A stretch of DNA of 63,143 nucleotides, the filler included. It is 9 parts of 9 records of this genome, joined end to end, with 100 filler letters (N's around TTAATTAATTAA, not from the genome) between each part and the next. Parts side by side here need not be neighbours in the genome. Positions count along the whole stretch, not along the records: positions 30,904 to 40,261 come from SRR15195285_1719; positions 40,362 to 48,652 come from SRR15195285_1721; 7 more parts are not named here. One strand, given 5' to 3'. This document shows positions 34,101 through 45,669 of this stretch, piece after piece. Both the position numbers and the translations under genes were made by a program. The stretch's first letter is position 1, and each line of letters starts with the position of its first letter. The notes under the pieces were generated by a model, which made no database searches, was not told where the DNA came from, and saw only the letters and a list, made by a program, of their open reading frames with translations.

Positions 34101-37100
34101 TCGCAACTGCCAGGAACGATTCGACGAAGCAAATGAGAAACTGCAGCTGCATCTGTTGAACCACGACGACACAGCAATTGTAGACTCCTCAGCAATCCAG
34201 GCAGAGCTGTTTATGAAAGCAGCAGATGCACTGCTTGAGGCTTGCTCTGATCGATTGCGACGAGTCCCAACAGACCGTACCGATGTAAAAACCTTCTACG
34301 CGCTCGAGTATCACCACAATATTTGTCGCCAAATGAGAACAATTAGAGGCTTGGGGGTATGGCCAGCGGTGAGCGTCTGTCGCTTGATGTTTTGGGCGCG
34401 CGAGCACGATCAAACGATTGCCAGGTTGATCGGTCAAGTGCTGACCGCTGTTGACAAACCTCTTGCTCGTAGCGCAGAGTGGGAGGAAGATCTCAAAGGT
34501 TTTTCGAAACACCCACTACCAAGGTTCAGTGGGTGGCTCACAAGACAGCGGTGGGAAGACCACGAGTGGGAGAAAAACTACGTCGTGATTGAGAACATGT
34601 GTGTCACGTGGTATGAAGTTGAGGGAGTCCAAAATACCGCACGAGATTCTGAACCGGAGCCCGAGCCTGAACTTGAGCGTGAAAATGCTGCACCGACATT
34701 GACTGAGCTCATGGCTAGCCTAAAAGAGCTGGAGGACATCATGATGGAGAAAGACGACTCAGACCCGGGCATGGAAAAGCTGCAGGCCTCTGCCAACGAG
34801 GTAAGGGAAGAAATCTCCGCAGCTGAGCACCACTTGAAGGTCCAAGGCACCCTCAGTCTTTCGGAGACGACGCGAGTCAAATCCAGCATGATTCGAGATT
34901 CAGCAGCGCCTTCGGCTGATGTCAAGATAAGCTCGGTAGATGCAAGCGTGTACTTGAAGGTTCCGAGAGAGCTCATGCCCGAGCTGATGGAGTGTCTGAA
35001 TCAATCGTGTTACCCATCACTGCCTGGTCAGTCTCGAGATCGAGCTCTCAGCGCCGGCGATGCCGCCAATACAGCTGGAGCCAAGATTGTTGCGGACTAC
35101 CACGCGAAATCTCGTGAGGAGCTTACTGCCGAAATTGCAGATCAGTTCCGAGAGGCGTTTGCTGCAGAGGGTGAGCAGCTGACCAGGTCAGCAACTGGTA
35201 CAGTTGATCTCGACGCGGTCCTATCAGTCTTCTCTGTCATGCTGGAGCAGCTGGTGGAGGTAGTTGACGAGGTATTGTTCAGTGGGCTCATTGAGGAAGA
35301 GATCATAAACTTCAATATCGAAAAGCGCCACGAGCAATTCGTGGAATACTTCACGAATCTTTGCGATCCGGAGAAGGAACTGTTTCCAGGCTCAGATCTG
35401 AATATTACTGTGACTCAGACCGACATCGTGCCACTTCTGAGGTGGGCGGCGGAATATCACGCTTGTGTGGACTCGATTGGTCTGCAGAATGCGGACGTGA
35501 AGCCGCTGTACGTATGCTGCAGACCGCCAATGGCAGACCACATTGCTTCCACAAGGAAAGTATTCGAGACTTGGTGTAGCAAGTGGTTGCCGCCAATGTC
35601 AATCCAAACAAAGGTGGAGACAGTGCGACAACAGAGGAACGGACAGTACATCAGCTCACTACCAACTGACCTTTTCCGCTTGATCTGCGATGCTACACGG
35701 AGAGCCTCGGACTCTTCATGCGAGCGACTACTGGTCCATACCGTGATGGGCGTGATTGAGCCTCAGGTGCGATTTTGGGCGGCAAGCTTCGCGGATATGT
35801 TGTCTCCAGAGGATCCCCACGGCGAGCTCAAGCAGTGCTTTCCTTGTCAGGGTATCTCGTACAAGGAGTATTTATGTGCGTGTTTGAACAATATGGACAT
35901 CTGTTACCGCAACACTGCGTCCTGGTCTGAGGACGTAGAGGAGCGGATTGAGTCTAAAGATATGATGCAGATGGTTGGAGCCGATGATGAGTTCGGCACG
36001 ATGAACACCGATCGGCTAAGCGATTCCTTCCAGCAGATCAGCAACGCCGCGGTGGCATGTTTGTGCAACCTTATTATGGCTGAGATTGAGCCAGAGCTGC
36101 AGAGCATATCGAGAGCAGACTGGCTCACGCATAACAAGATGATCCCGATGCTCGACTCACTCGCGTCGTGGTGCACTAATTTGGAAGAGGTTTTGGCGAA
36201 GCGCTACTCTAAGAAAGTGATCAGTACTCTGATGAGCACGATGATTGAGCGCTATGTCAAGCAGCTACTCCAACTGGCACGCACACCCAAAGAGAAGAAG
36301 CGAGCGAGGCAGGGAAATGGCCTCACGCACAAGGACTTTTCAGCAGCCATGCAGGAGGACATCGGCAAGCTCAAGAAATTCTTTGGCACCTACCTAAAAG
36401 ACACGGCCGTTCGGGCAGCTCTGCTGAGTGCAGAAGTTGTGGCACAACTCCACGGGTGCGAGCTCGAAAGCTTTGTGGCAGAGTGCACAAAGGCTGCATA
36501 TCACCCAGAATTTAGCATAAAAGAGGTAGAGCTGGTTCTCAATGCACGAGAGGATGTCACTCCGCACGACAAGAAGAGACTGATTGCTGAGGCAAATGAT
36601 TCAATAGCGATGATCAAGGAGGCGCTCAATCCGGCTGCACCGCCTCGTGCTAGCGCGCCTGAGGCTGTCAGCGCGCAGCCTGTTGCGGCTTTTGCTGCTG
36701 GTACAGTTCCAATGTCCCCACCTCCGATTCCAGATACACCAGGCAAGACTGTGAGTCTTGAAAAGACTCAGAGCAGACAGCCAAAGCGCAGAGTACAAGC
36801 TCTACACGCGTTTACCGCAATGCAGGCAGATGACCTATCTTTCATGCCAGGGGCAGTCATCGTAGTGACGGACTCAAGTAAGCCGTGGTGGGAAGGCTAC
36901 GTCGAGCGGGTGAGGCTTGTGTCCATGATAGCCCTGATCTAGTTGTGCCAAGCGTGTGGAATTGTGACAACTGTCTAACTATTGCGCTGGACATATGGTG
37001 CTCACTCACTCGTGCTGCTCTTCATCCAGCTTGGTGACGGAACTCCCATCACGCCGGTTGATGTCGAGACGCGGGTCGGCACCTTCCCTCCAAACTTTGT

Positions 37101-37835
37101 GCAAGAGTTGGCTAGCGGCACACAGAAGCTATCTGCTGATGAAACAACAACTGCTGTTGCAGCGGCTGAAGGGAAAGAAGTGGAGATTGAGGATATGAAC
37201 CTTGCGACTCTTGACTTCGGCGAGCTGCTGAAAGTTGCGACAGACCTGCAGCGCAGGGTAAAAGAGCACAAGCAAGTCAATTTGGACCTGATAGAAGAGG
37301 AAGAAATAGCGCAGCAGGAGCGCATCATTGCAGTAAGACCAAGCCTGCTATTACCCCTTTTTATCACTCGACTCGCGCTCAGTGCGTGGACACGCATACA
37401 ACTTCACGCTTCCAGGCAGTCTACAATCGGAATAATGCATGGTTTGAATATCATGGTGTAGGCTGAGGCTGCTGCAGCTGAGGTCACAGACCTGCAGACC
37501 GCTCTCGCCGACGCCCAATACGAGCTTCATGCACAGAAGCAGAGCCATGACCAAGAAATCGAGGTCTTGGTGAGCAATCGCAATAGCACAACCATTCTCA
37601 CAGTATGATCATTTGTGCAACAAAATCAAGCGGGTTCGCAAGCGAACAGATAGTATACATCCCTCCGACCTGCACTGGATATCAGTACAGATGTACAGCA
37701 GAGTGCATGGCTGGAAGTAGATTTGCGCGACAACTGAATTCCACTTCGATACTGTATGTTGACAACTTACGTCATGTTGCACAGAGTCGTGCGATGGCTG
37801 ACGCGATGAAGGCCATGATTGATACAGCACTCTAG
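31120..37835 (+). CDS. Multi-PH-domain protein with a Sec6/EXOC3-like helical region, SH3 domain and C-terminal coiled coil
   Basis: PH motifs: KKWQRRYFRL, RRLFLFNDSLL, QGFLKKKG...WQKRYFCL. Sec6-like: SSLPTDLFRLI, YLCACLNN, EDIGKLKKFF, ELVLNAREDV. SH3: ALHAFTAMQADDLSF...PWWEG, completed after the intron starting at 36910 by GTFPPNFV. The 5' exon is unresolved. Confidence 0.8.
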
Positions 37836-38158
37836 AGATGCCAACACAATGCGATCGTCAGCTCGCGCAAATTGCTCTTAAGTATGATCCGAAGCGTCTA
37901 CCTGTCAAACTAGTTTTGTCCAGCTCGACCTGCTGTGCGCTGGAGAGTTGTGGTTGCTGGCAAAGAAATGCTGGGAAATCATGAGAAAATCATCGGAAAC
38001 GTCGACGAATCACGTTTGGTCTTGCGAGCGCAGAACCGGCCCGAGCACCGACAACACTTGCATACATATGTGTACTTCACAGCTTTGTCGACGGACCCGA
38101 GCCGTCGCCGCCATTCTTCTCGTGCTGCGTGTAGTAACTGCTCCAGACACGACAGTTG

Positions 38159-39942
38159 TCAACCATCGATTGAGACACTGCCGAATGAGTATCTGACTAC
38201 TGACTGTGCGACGTACACCCGGTCCCCCCAGCTTTCAACGCAATCATCTTTCAACACAAAACACCCACCGCCAATCCACCTGCCACCGCCAATCACATGC
38301 CCTGTGCATTGAAAAGCTCATTTTAGCGTGATGCTCAACGCACTTCATAGAGTGCGCACTATCCGGATATGAGAATGAGATCAGAACGACAGCATGCTCA
38401 TAGCGTACCTAGAAACGCCGCCTGCAACGTCGAATCGTCGGCTGTTGGATGTGTCCCTGCTCTCGGTGCCTCGTACGGAGCAAAAAGCCGCTCGTAGCCG
38501 GATAGGCCATTGCCATCCGCACCAGTTGGGTAGCAGTACCTGTATTTTAAAAACAACCGCAACCAGAGTATGTACTAGGTCACACAACACGGGCTCGAGC
38601 TGCGTTGCAAATGATATTGCAAGTAAGTTTGAGTATGAACTCGTGCAGCACTCACGTCTCGCGCTGTAGTCGCACGATATTCGAGGTCGGTGGCAGCAGT
38701 TCTGCGTAGTGTGGATCCAACATCCAAGATGAACACGTAAATCCCATCCACGCATCCTGGCCAGGTGTCCAGCTGCTATACTCGCGCACGGTGCGCTGCA
38801 GACCCTCTCCGCACGCTGCGATGTCCATTGGGCCACCCTCCGGTATGTGGATCTCCAGTATAGGATCATTTTTCTGTAGTGCCACTTCCCACTCGCTGGG
38901 GTCAAGCGCGATAGTGTCACGCTCTGCCATACCAGTCGGTGAGATCTTGGTTGCGACCAGGAGTGTTTTCTCGCCTACTCGTTGCTGATCATGGACGCTG
39001 ACCCACGCAGGCTCGTGCCCTGTCTGCACGAGGAGCCCCTTATCATCAAAGCCAACACCAGGCTGTGCAGCTACCATGGTGACAGCTCTGGTAACTCGAT
39101 GCCTGTAAACAGTAAACGGCGCGTCAAACCTACCACTTTTATGCTGCAAGCGTCCGACCCTCAGAATCTCGCCTGTCAGACTCAGCATTGGCCAGCTGAG
39201 GTTGCTCAGACCCCACGATGACATCGTCGAGGGAGCTTCTGCGCTCTGTGCACGGAGATGCACTGGCGACAGCCCGTTTGTCTTGTGCGCTCTCGCCCAG
39301 ATACCAATGTCGCTCAGGGTCGAGCGGGTAACATCCGCAGGAATGCCCCGCTGCTGATGCTGAAGCAGCAAACCTGGCACGCCGTCAAGGTAAAGCAGCA
39401 GATACAACATCGCTGTCTCGCTATCGGAGAAGTTTTTGAGAACCTTAGGGAAGTGCCCCTGGCACCCAGGCAAGTGTTAGTAAGTCATGAGTGTCCAGGG
39501 TGCAAAATAGTGGGTAATTTGAGAGCCCATGCGGCTCCTTACGAGATTGGGATTCGGGTGCACGGCACACTGCTTGCTCGACCCTGCCGGGTCTCCAGCA
39601 CGTGCTGGGTAGATCTTCTTGTGCAGATGGTGCGCGATCAAGGACATATTGTAATCTGACTCGACCTTCCGTCCAAAAGCCTGGCATTCCTCAACGGCTT
39701 CAGCCGGGAGATCACACCACTCCGCGTTGGCAGCAATGCAGTCCGCCCTAGGCACACCAGTGGCAACAGCGTTGGAGCCAAAACGGCCGTTTCAACTTTT
39801 TCCCACTCCATGCACCGCGGATTTTCACAGACCTTGCAAAATTGACGCACCTCGTCAATGACCACTCACTCGCTGGCGGTGGTCCCGCTGCTACCGTCTG
39901 CTCCCAGTCTGCCCGCAGCGGCTCGGGCAGAGCTTCTGCCAT
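38159..39942 (-). CDS. DUF5596/GNAT_C-type acyltransferase-domain protein, intron-containing
   Basis: RGIPADVTRSTLSDIGIW, WGL, ILRVGRLQH, ILEIHIPEGGPM, CSSWMLDP..LLPPTSNIVRLQRE. Spliced 3' exons give STLQAAFL|GHVIGGGRWIGGGCF. Start MAEALPEP at 39942. Confidence 0.8.
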
Positions 39943-40261
39943 CGTGAGCAGGGGCACCGAGCTGCGGAACACGCACGCGCGCACGCGCGCACCCCCTCCG
40001 GCGCGCGCGGGGCCCGGGGCGCCGGCGCTCGGATGCACGCGCGCCTGCGTGCAGGTACTGTACACGATTCGCGGAACCGATACTTGAAGAGCCTGACCTA
40101 CAGCATCTGTAGATCATAATATCGGATTGTGCTGGTCAAACCATAGCATGCACGGCGGCGAATCGAATCGGTGCGGCGCCGCCCCCCCGATCTCGCGAGC
40201 ACCCTCGCGCGGCGCCCCCCGCGCCCCGGCGGCCCCGTCGACTCCGAGGACGTAGTCCGAA

Positions 40262-40361
40262 NNNNNNNNNNNNNNNNNNNNNNNNNNNNNNNNNNNNNNN
40301 NNNNNTTAATTAATTAANNNNNNNNNNNNNNNNNNNNNNNNNNNNNNNNNNNNNNNNNNNN
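40262..40361. other. Artificial contig spacer
   Basis: N44-TTAATTAATTAA-N44. Confidence 0.99.
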
Positions 40362-40425
40362 TGTCGTCTACCGCCTAAACCACACTTCTGCGCTGAGCCG
40401 TGGATGGTAAGGCGCAAGCTGGCTA

Positions 40426-43400
40426 TCATAAATCATATATCGGCGACACTTGTTGGAGCGAAAAGGCACTAATGAGATCTCTTGGTAGTGGTACAATTGT
40501 GTCGTCAACCTGTGAGAGTATCACAATGCAACAATAGCGATCAGGTGAGACAAACGAGAGCCAAGCTCTCGCACAGTGTAGCACGCAGGGCGCACAATTT
40601 AGCACATGCCAAAGTCTGTTCGGGTACTCACAGGCATATCGTCTTCCCATGGCAAGCCAGTTGCATACTTGCCTCGGTGAACCGGCAAAGTCCTCTCGAA
40701 GCAAGTCATCGCAAACTCGTTGGAGTGTGCACACTCTGACGCCCAGAAGACGACATTGATTGACGTGCGCACTGTGTCACCGCTCCTCGTCCTCTGAAAG
40801 TGCAGACGAGCCCATGGACCTTTCAGCCACGCACAACCATAGCGAACATGTGCTCTCTATAGGCTCTTGCCTGCCTTGGTATAATGTCCCAAAAAGGCCC
40901 ATACCGATCTGACCGGACTCACCTTGTGATCTTCAGAGAACGCCGGCATTACACCGTGGAGTAGTGTTGAGTCAAAACAGTACACCGTTCCGGGGCGATC
41001 AGGCCGAACCAACCAGCCTCGTCCTGCCAGCTTGCCGTCATCTCTTGTTTGGTCCAAAATCAGAGTCGGTCCGCCTACTGCTTCTGAAAGGAACACCACG
41101 CACGTGGCAATCGGGAATCGCCACTCGCCCGTCTGTGCTCGGTGAGGAGAGTCCATATCGTCTGAATACGTGACATTAGGCCGGTGTCAGTAAAGCCCGG
41201 TTGTACGCAAACTGGATTGACCTGTACATGACTTAGAGAATGTATAGGAGTGTGCGTGGTTAATAATTCTCTGTTGAGGCAACGCTGTGTGGAATGCAGC
41301 ACCAAAACCCACAGTGAAAAGCGTGCCCTCCTTTGCTGAGGTCTTGGTTGTAGCCCCAATACTCTGCACCAACAGCCCGCTCCTGCACGTAGCTCGGGAG
41401 CAACGGTAGGAGCATGCGTGGTGCCTGGTCCATCAGGCTCGTTGGGGGATTATCGAAGCCAGTCCAGTAGCTCACGAATTGCTTATCCTCTTTGTGAGCC
41501 TTCTCCTGGAACTGCCAGAAGGGAGATCCTTGGGCAAGACCGCTTGCAATGCCACTGAGAAGTGACGGGGGCAAAGCACCTTGAAAAGCTCGCGAATACG
41601 CGCCACTCCACGTATCGTCCCAGGCTTTGTTGGCGGGCAACTCTGATAATGGGGGGAACGGCACAGAAACATACGGTGCCAGGTTTCGGTGCAACGGATA
41701 CACACCTGTACAGCAACCGATTACAGATAGTCATGCCAGCAGAAAAACGTTTGGCGTGTGCCAGGTCGGTTTGATAACGGCGAGTAGAGCAAACAATACC
41801 CTGTGCATACTAGCATAATGCACTTGACGTGTGTTGCGCAAGAACAAGGCACGTGGATAGCACTTCTCACCTTGTACGCAGGTCTTTGGCTGGCAGGCTT
41901 GCCCATAGAGCCACAACCCGAGCTCAGCCTCACCCATTCCTGCCAGTGCGGCAGCTTCGATTTTGTAAGCACCTTCCCTGTGACCATATCCGAATCCGAA
42001 AAGAACCGTTATGCCTATCCAAATTTGCTTGACGCAAGACTATCGCAATATAGTTGAGAAGACCTCGCGCTGACTCTTCTAAACGATTGACTCAGCTAGG
42101 CTACACTTACCGTCCGCGCACTGATCCGAGTGGTGCCTTGCCCCGAGCTTCAAACCATTGTTGGCTCTCTTGGTTAGCAAGCTGCCCGAATCCATCGATG
42201 AGACCGTTCCCGTCGACAATCTCGTGCAGCACCTGCTTGTACAGAGGACGAAGTGACTCTTTGGAGCGATTGCGTGCTTCTGGCGTCGAGAAGTCCAGTG
42301 AGAAACGAAACGTTGGATCTGCTACGACAAGCTCATTTGCGGCCTGTAGGTACATTTCCCAGAAGTTGTGGACATAATCTTTGCCCGTCTGCGGATGCGG
42401 GACTGGGGAGCGTGCAGTGATAGGCCGATCGATCGTCTGTCCTACTGAGTGCATCGCCAGGATTTTCGCCAGCGGTGCAGCCTTCGTACCGACATCTACT
42501 GCTTCTTCTTCCGCGCGCAGGACATGTATACGCACACTCATGTGCAATGATCGGCTGGAGCTTGGCTGCTCAATGGACGGGCTCGTCGATGTGATGGTGC
42601 CGCGTGGAATGTACAGCATCTCTCCAGGCTGCAGCTCCACGTCCAAATATGGATCCCCAAGCTTCTCAACCTCCATCTGACGTGACTTTGTGCGGCCGAA
42701 CAGAAGTGCACCACCACCTACTGGCAGCATCGCTGCAGCTTTTGGCCAGAGCCGCCAGCGTTTTGATCCCTGGACCTGCAAGATGACAGTGCACTGGTTG
42801 TCGTTGTGTGGGGCTACGCCTGCTCCGCCGAGGTACGCAGAGACAGAAATCCGCATGGCCAACTTCCGGGCGACATCCTGCGTCAACTCCGCAATGGCGG
42901 CCTCCCACATGCCAACGTCGGAGTAGATAGCTGTGGCACCAGCGTCCAGCGCGCGAACGATCTCTTCTTTGCTCACCACGATGCCGCTAGAAGGTTTCTG
43001 CGTAGCCAGAGCACCGGTGCAGCAGGATCAGAGCAAAATTTCTACGCTGAGGACACCGGGCGAGTGTGATTGGCATCGCACCGGCCAGTCGTCAGCTGGT
43101 GCACCGTCGGGGCGCGTCTGATCCAGCGCGCCAAACGCAAACTGGACGTTATTGGTCCCCACTAAGCCGCTGCTGCACAGGTGGGCCCGCCGATCGACGC
43201 ACGGCCTCTCGACGTCGGCCCGGCTGCGCGGCTGCCCAAGATGGAACTCGCGCACAAGGAGTTGCCCCTCTGCGATATTACAGATCTGTTTGCGCCGTCT
43301 GGCCCCATCGACCACAATATGCACTGGCAGCTTCTCGAAATAGTTATCCATGAAGCTGACCGACGCGAGGAACGCGACGAGTGCGTTGGGGTGCCCCGGC

Positions 43401-43696
43401 GGGTCAGCGGGCAGTGTCAATTCCTTCGGCGGGCGAACTCCACCATTCAGCGTGATCCACTCGCTACCGTCGTCGGCATAGAGCGCATCTCGCCAGCCTT
43501 TGGGCGGCTCACGTGGCACATTGACCTCAAGCACCGGCACCGCGAGCGGGTTCTTACTGCCCGGCACACCCTTCGCACCTGGCGCCGCTGGTGCCGGGCT
43601 GCTCTTGGGCTTGCCACGTGCCTTCCGCGCATGCGGTGTCTGCGCAAGTAGCAGCAGCGCAGCCAGCGCGAGCGCCGCTGCACGGTAGCACCCCAT
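40426..43696 (-). CDS. Signal-peptide protein with a JmjC/cupin_4 (ROX-like) domain followed by a second 2OG-Fe(II) oxygenase domain; multi-exon
   Basis: MGCYRAAALALAALLLLA (signal). YFEKLPVHI; SAYL..GVAPHND..VILQVQGSKRWRLW; LQPGEMLYIPRG; SLHMSV. Second domain: GAEYW..GHAFH|YD, GGPTLILDQ, FDSTLLHGV, RTSINVVFW. The 3' end is approximate. Confidence 0.7.
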
Positions 43697-43945
43697 GCAG
43701 AGCGTCGGTACGTACGTACGCACGCACGGCCAGGCACGACACAGGCTGTGTCTCCAGGACAGCCCCTCGGAGGGGCTACGGGGCACAAAGAGGTCGCGGC
43801 CGCCGCGGGCGCGCGCGCGCGCCTTGGGCCTTGCACGCGCGCGCGACCAGTCCAACACTCCAACTGGTCCCCCGACCCAGGAATGAGGAATCACATTGCG
43901 GTCTCCCGGCGGCTGCCGCGCCTCCCTCTGCCCGACGTCGTGGGC

Positions 43946-45525
43946 ATGGCGATGATGCTCGCCCTCCTGTTTGCTTGCATTTGTACAAATTGTATGTATG
44001 TCGGCGCGATCAGCCATCGTCCAGATCTAAACGACTGCTTCGAGATGCTCGAAGGCGCGGAGCCCCCCGTCTTCTGCGCCGCGAGCACACCGAGAGAGTT
44101 CGACTCATGCTTTCTGCAGTGCGGCTTCTGTACTGTACCCACCTTGCGTTCTGGTATGTCCGCTAGCGACCGCGCAACGTACTGCGACAAGAACCACTCG
44201 AACCTCGACTTCGACCGTGAAAAGGTTGGAGCCCTGGCTGCCAACGCCCTGATCAACGTCTCTGCCGCCCACGGGTACTTCTGGGCGCGGCCGGAATCGA
44301 ACTCGACCGCTGCACTCACACACATTCTCTCCTACATGGGCCGGGCCGACTTGCAGGTGTTGTTTACCCAGCCGTTTCTCATGCTGGACTATCTCCACGA
44401 GCATGTCACTTATGCAACTGCTGCACGTGGTGGTGGTATCCTGACGAACGTGACGGATGAACTCTGGCTTGAATACGTCGTTCCGTTCGGCTTCATGGAC
44501 GAAAAGCGCGACCTGTTCTGGCGATGGAGGCCAACATTCCACAGGACATTCTCCACGAGCGAGGAGGTGCGCCACGCAATCCCGTCCGCATATGGCAAAA
44601 TACTACCCAAGTATAAGCGCGCTCTCCAACTCTGCACCTCACATACGTGGTGTGTATAATGTTGCAGTTCACAAGCGCTACGACTATCACAGAGGCGGTA
44701 AAAGGGCTTGCTTCGCTCATTCCAAAGGCAGAGATGGCGGGCGTCACCGCATTGGAGCGTGGGAACGGCGATCGCGAATTCATATCCGGGAATCCTGTGA
44801 CGTGGCATTCAGGGTCCTCGCCGCTCGACATGTCCTCGCAACAGATTGTGCAGCACGGGGGTTCCTGTACCGGCACGGCGATACTTCTCGCGGCAGCATT
44901 GCGTTCGGTTGGTATCCCAGCGCGCGTTACAGGCTGCTCGACGGAGCTGCCAGACAATGATAATGACCATCAGTGAGTTGAAATCTTCCGGACTGTATGG
45001 CAATTTTGCAGTCCCTTTGGCACGCCTTGGTTTGAAATCGTTTCTGTGTGGACACCTTTCGTCGCAGCTGGGTAGAGTTTTTCGATCCTACGTCTGCTGG
45101 ACCTTTTGGTGACTACTGGCACACAAAGGAAGGCGTCAGCAAAGGCAATGCGGGTGGACCTTGGGATGGAGCGTCGGGACCTATGAACGGCTGCATGAAA
45201 GGCCTGAAGGCTAAATCTTCTCTGGATATGTTGTGGTACGTGGCTACACCAAGCTGCTGCTGATCCTCGCTGGCACACCCTCCTAACAATGAGAAGCCGA
45301 CTCCTCGCGTATACCCTGAATTCAACGCTCGCTTTGTTGCTGCGTAGGTCTGGCTCATGGTCTGCACCACGGTACATGCCTACACTGTGGGGTGAAAGTG
45401 AGTGGGCCGCAGCACAGCGCTGGAAGGGAGGGATCCCACGCTGCGCTGCCTACTGCCCGGTATGGGGTTGTGGCCCCAACCAGACGAAGGTTGGATGGGA
45501 AGGATGCGAGCCGACGATACAGTGA
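43946..45525 (+). CDS. Secreted transglutaminase-like domain protein, four exons
   Basis: Hydrophobic N-terminus; EYVVPF..DEKRD..WRWR; GGSCTGTAILLAAALRSVGIPARVTGC; spliced DHHWVEF (Cys/His of the catalytic core). Confidence 0.78.
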
Positions 45526-45669
45526 GCTTAGCTAGCTTCGACGAATGCTAACATGTTGTCAAGCATCGAGATTGCATTCCGGCAGATTACACGTCACAAT
45601 CGAGATGCCTAGACAATAGACACAGATCCATGTAGTCCGATGGCTCCGCGCTCAATCAACACCGTCTGT

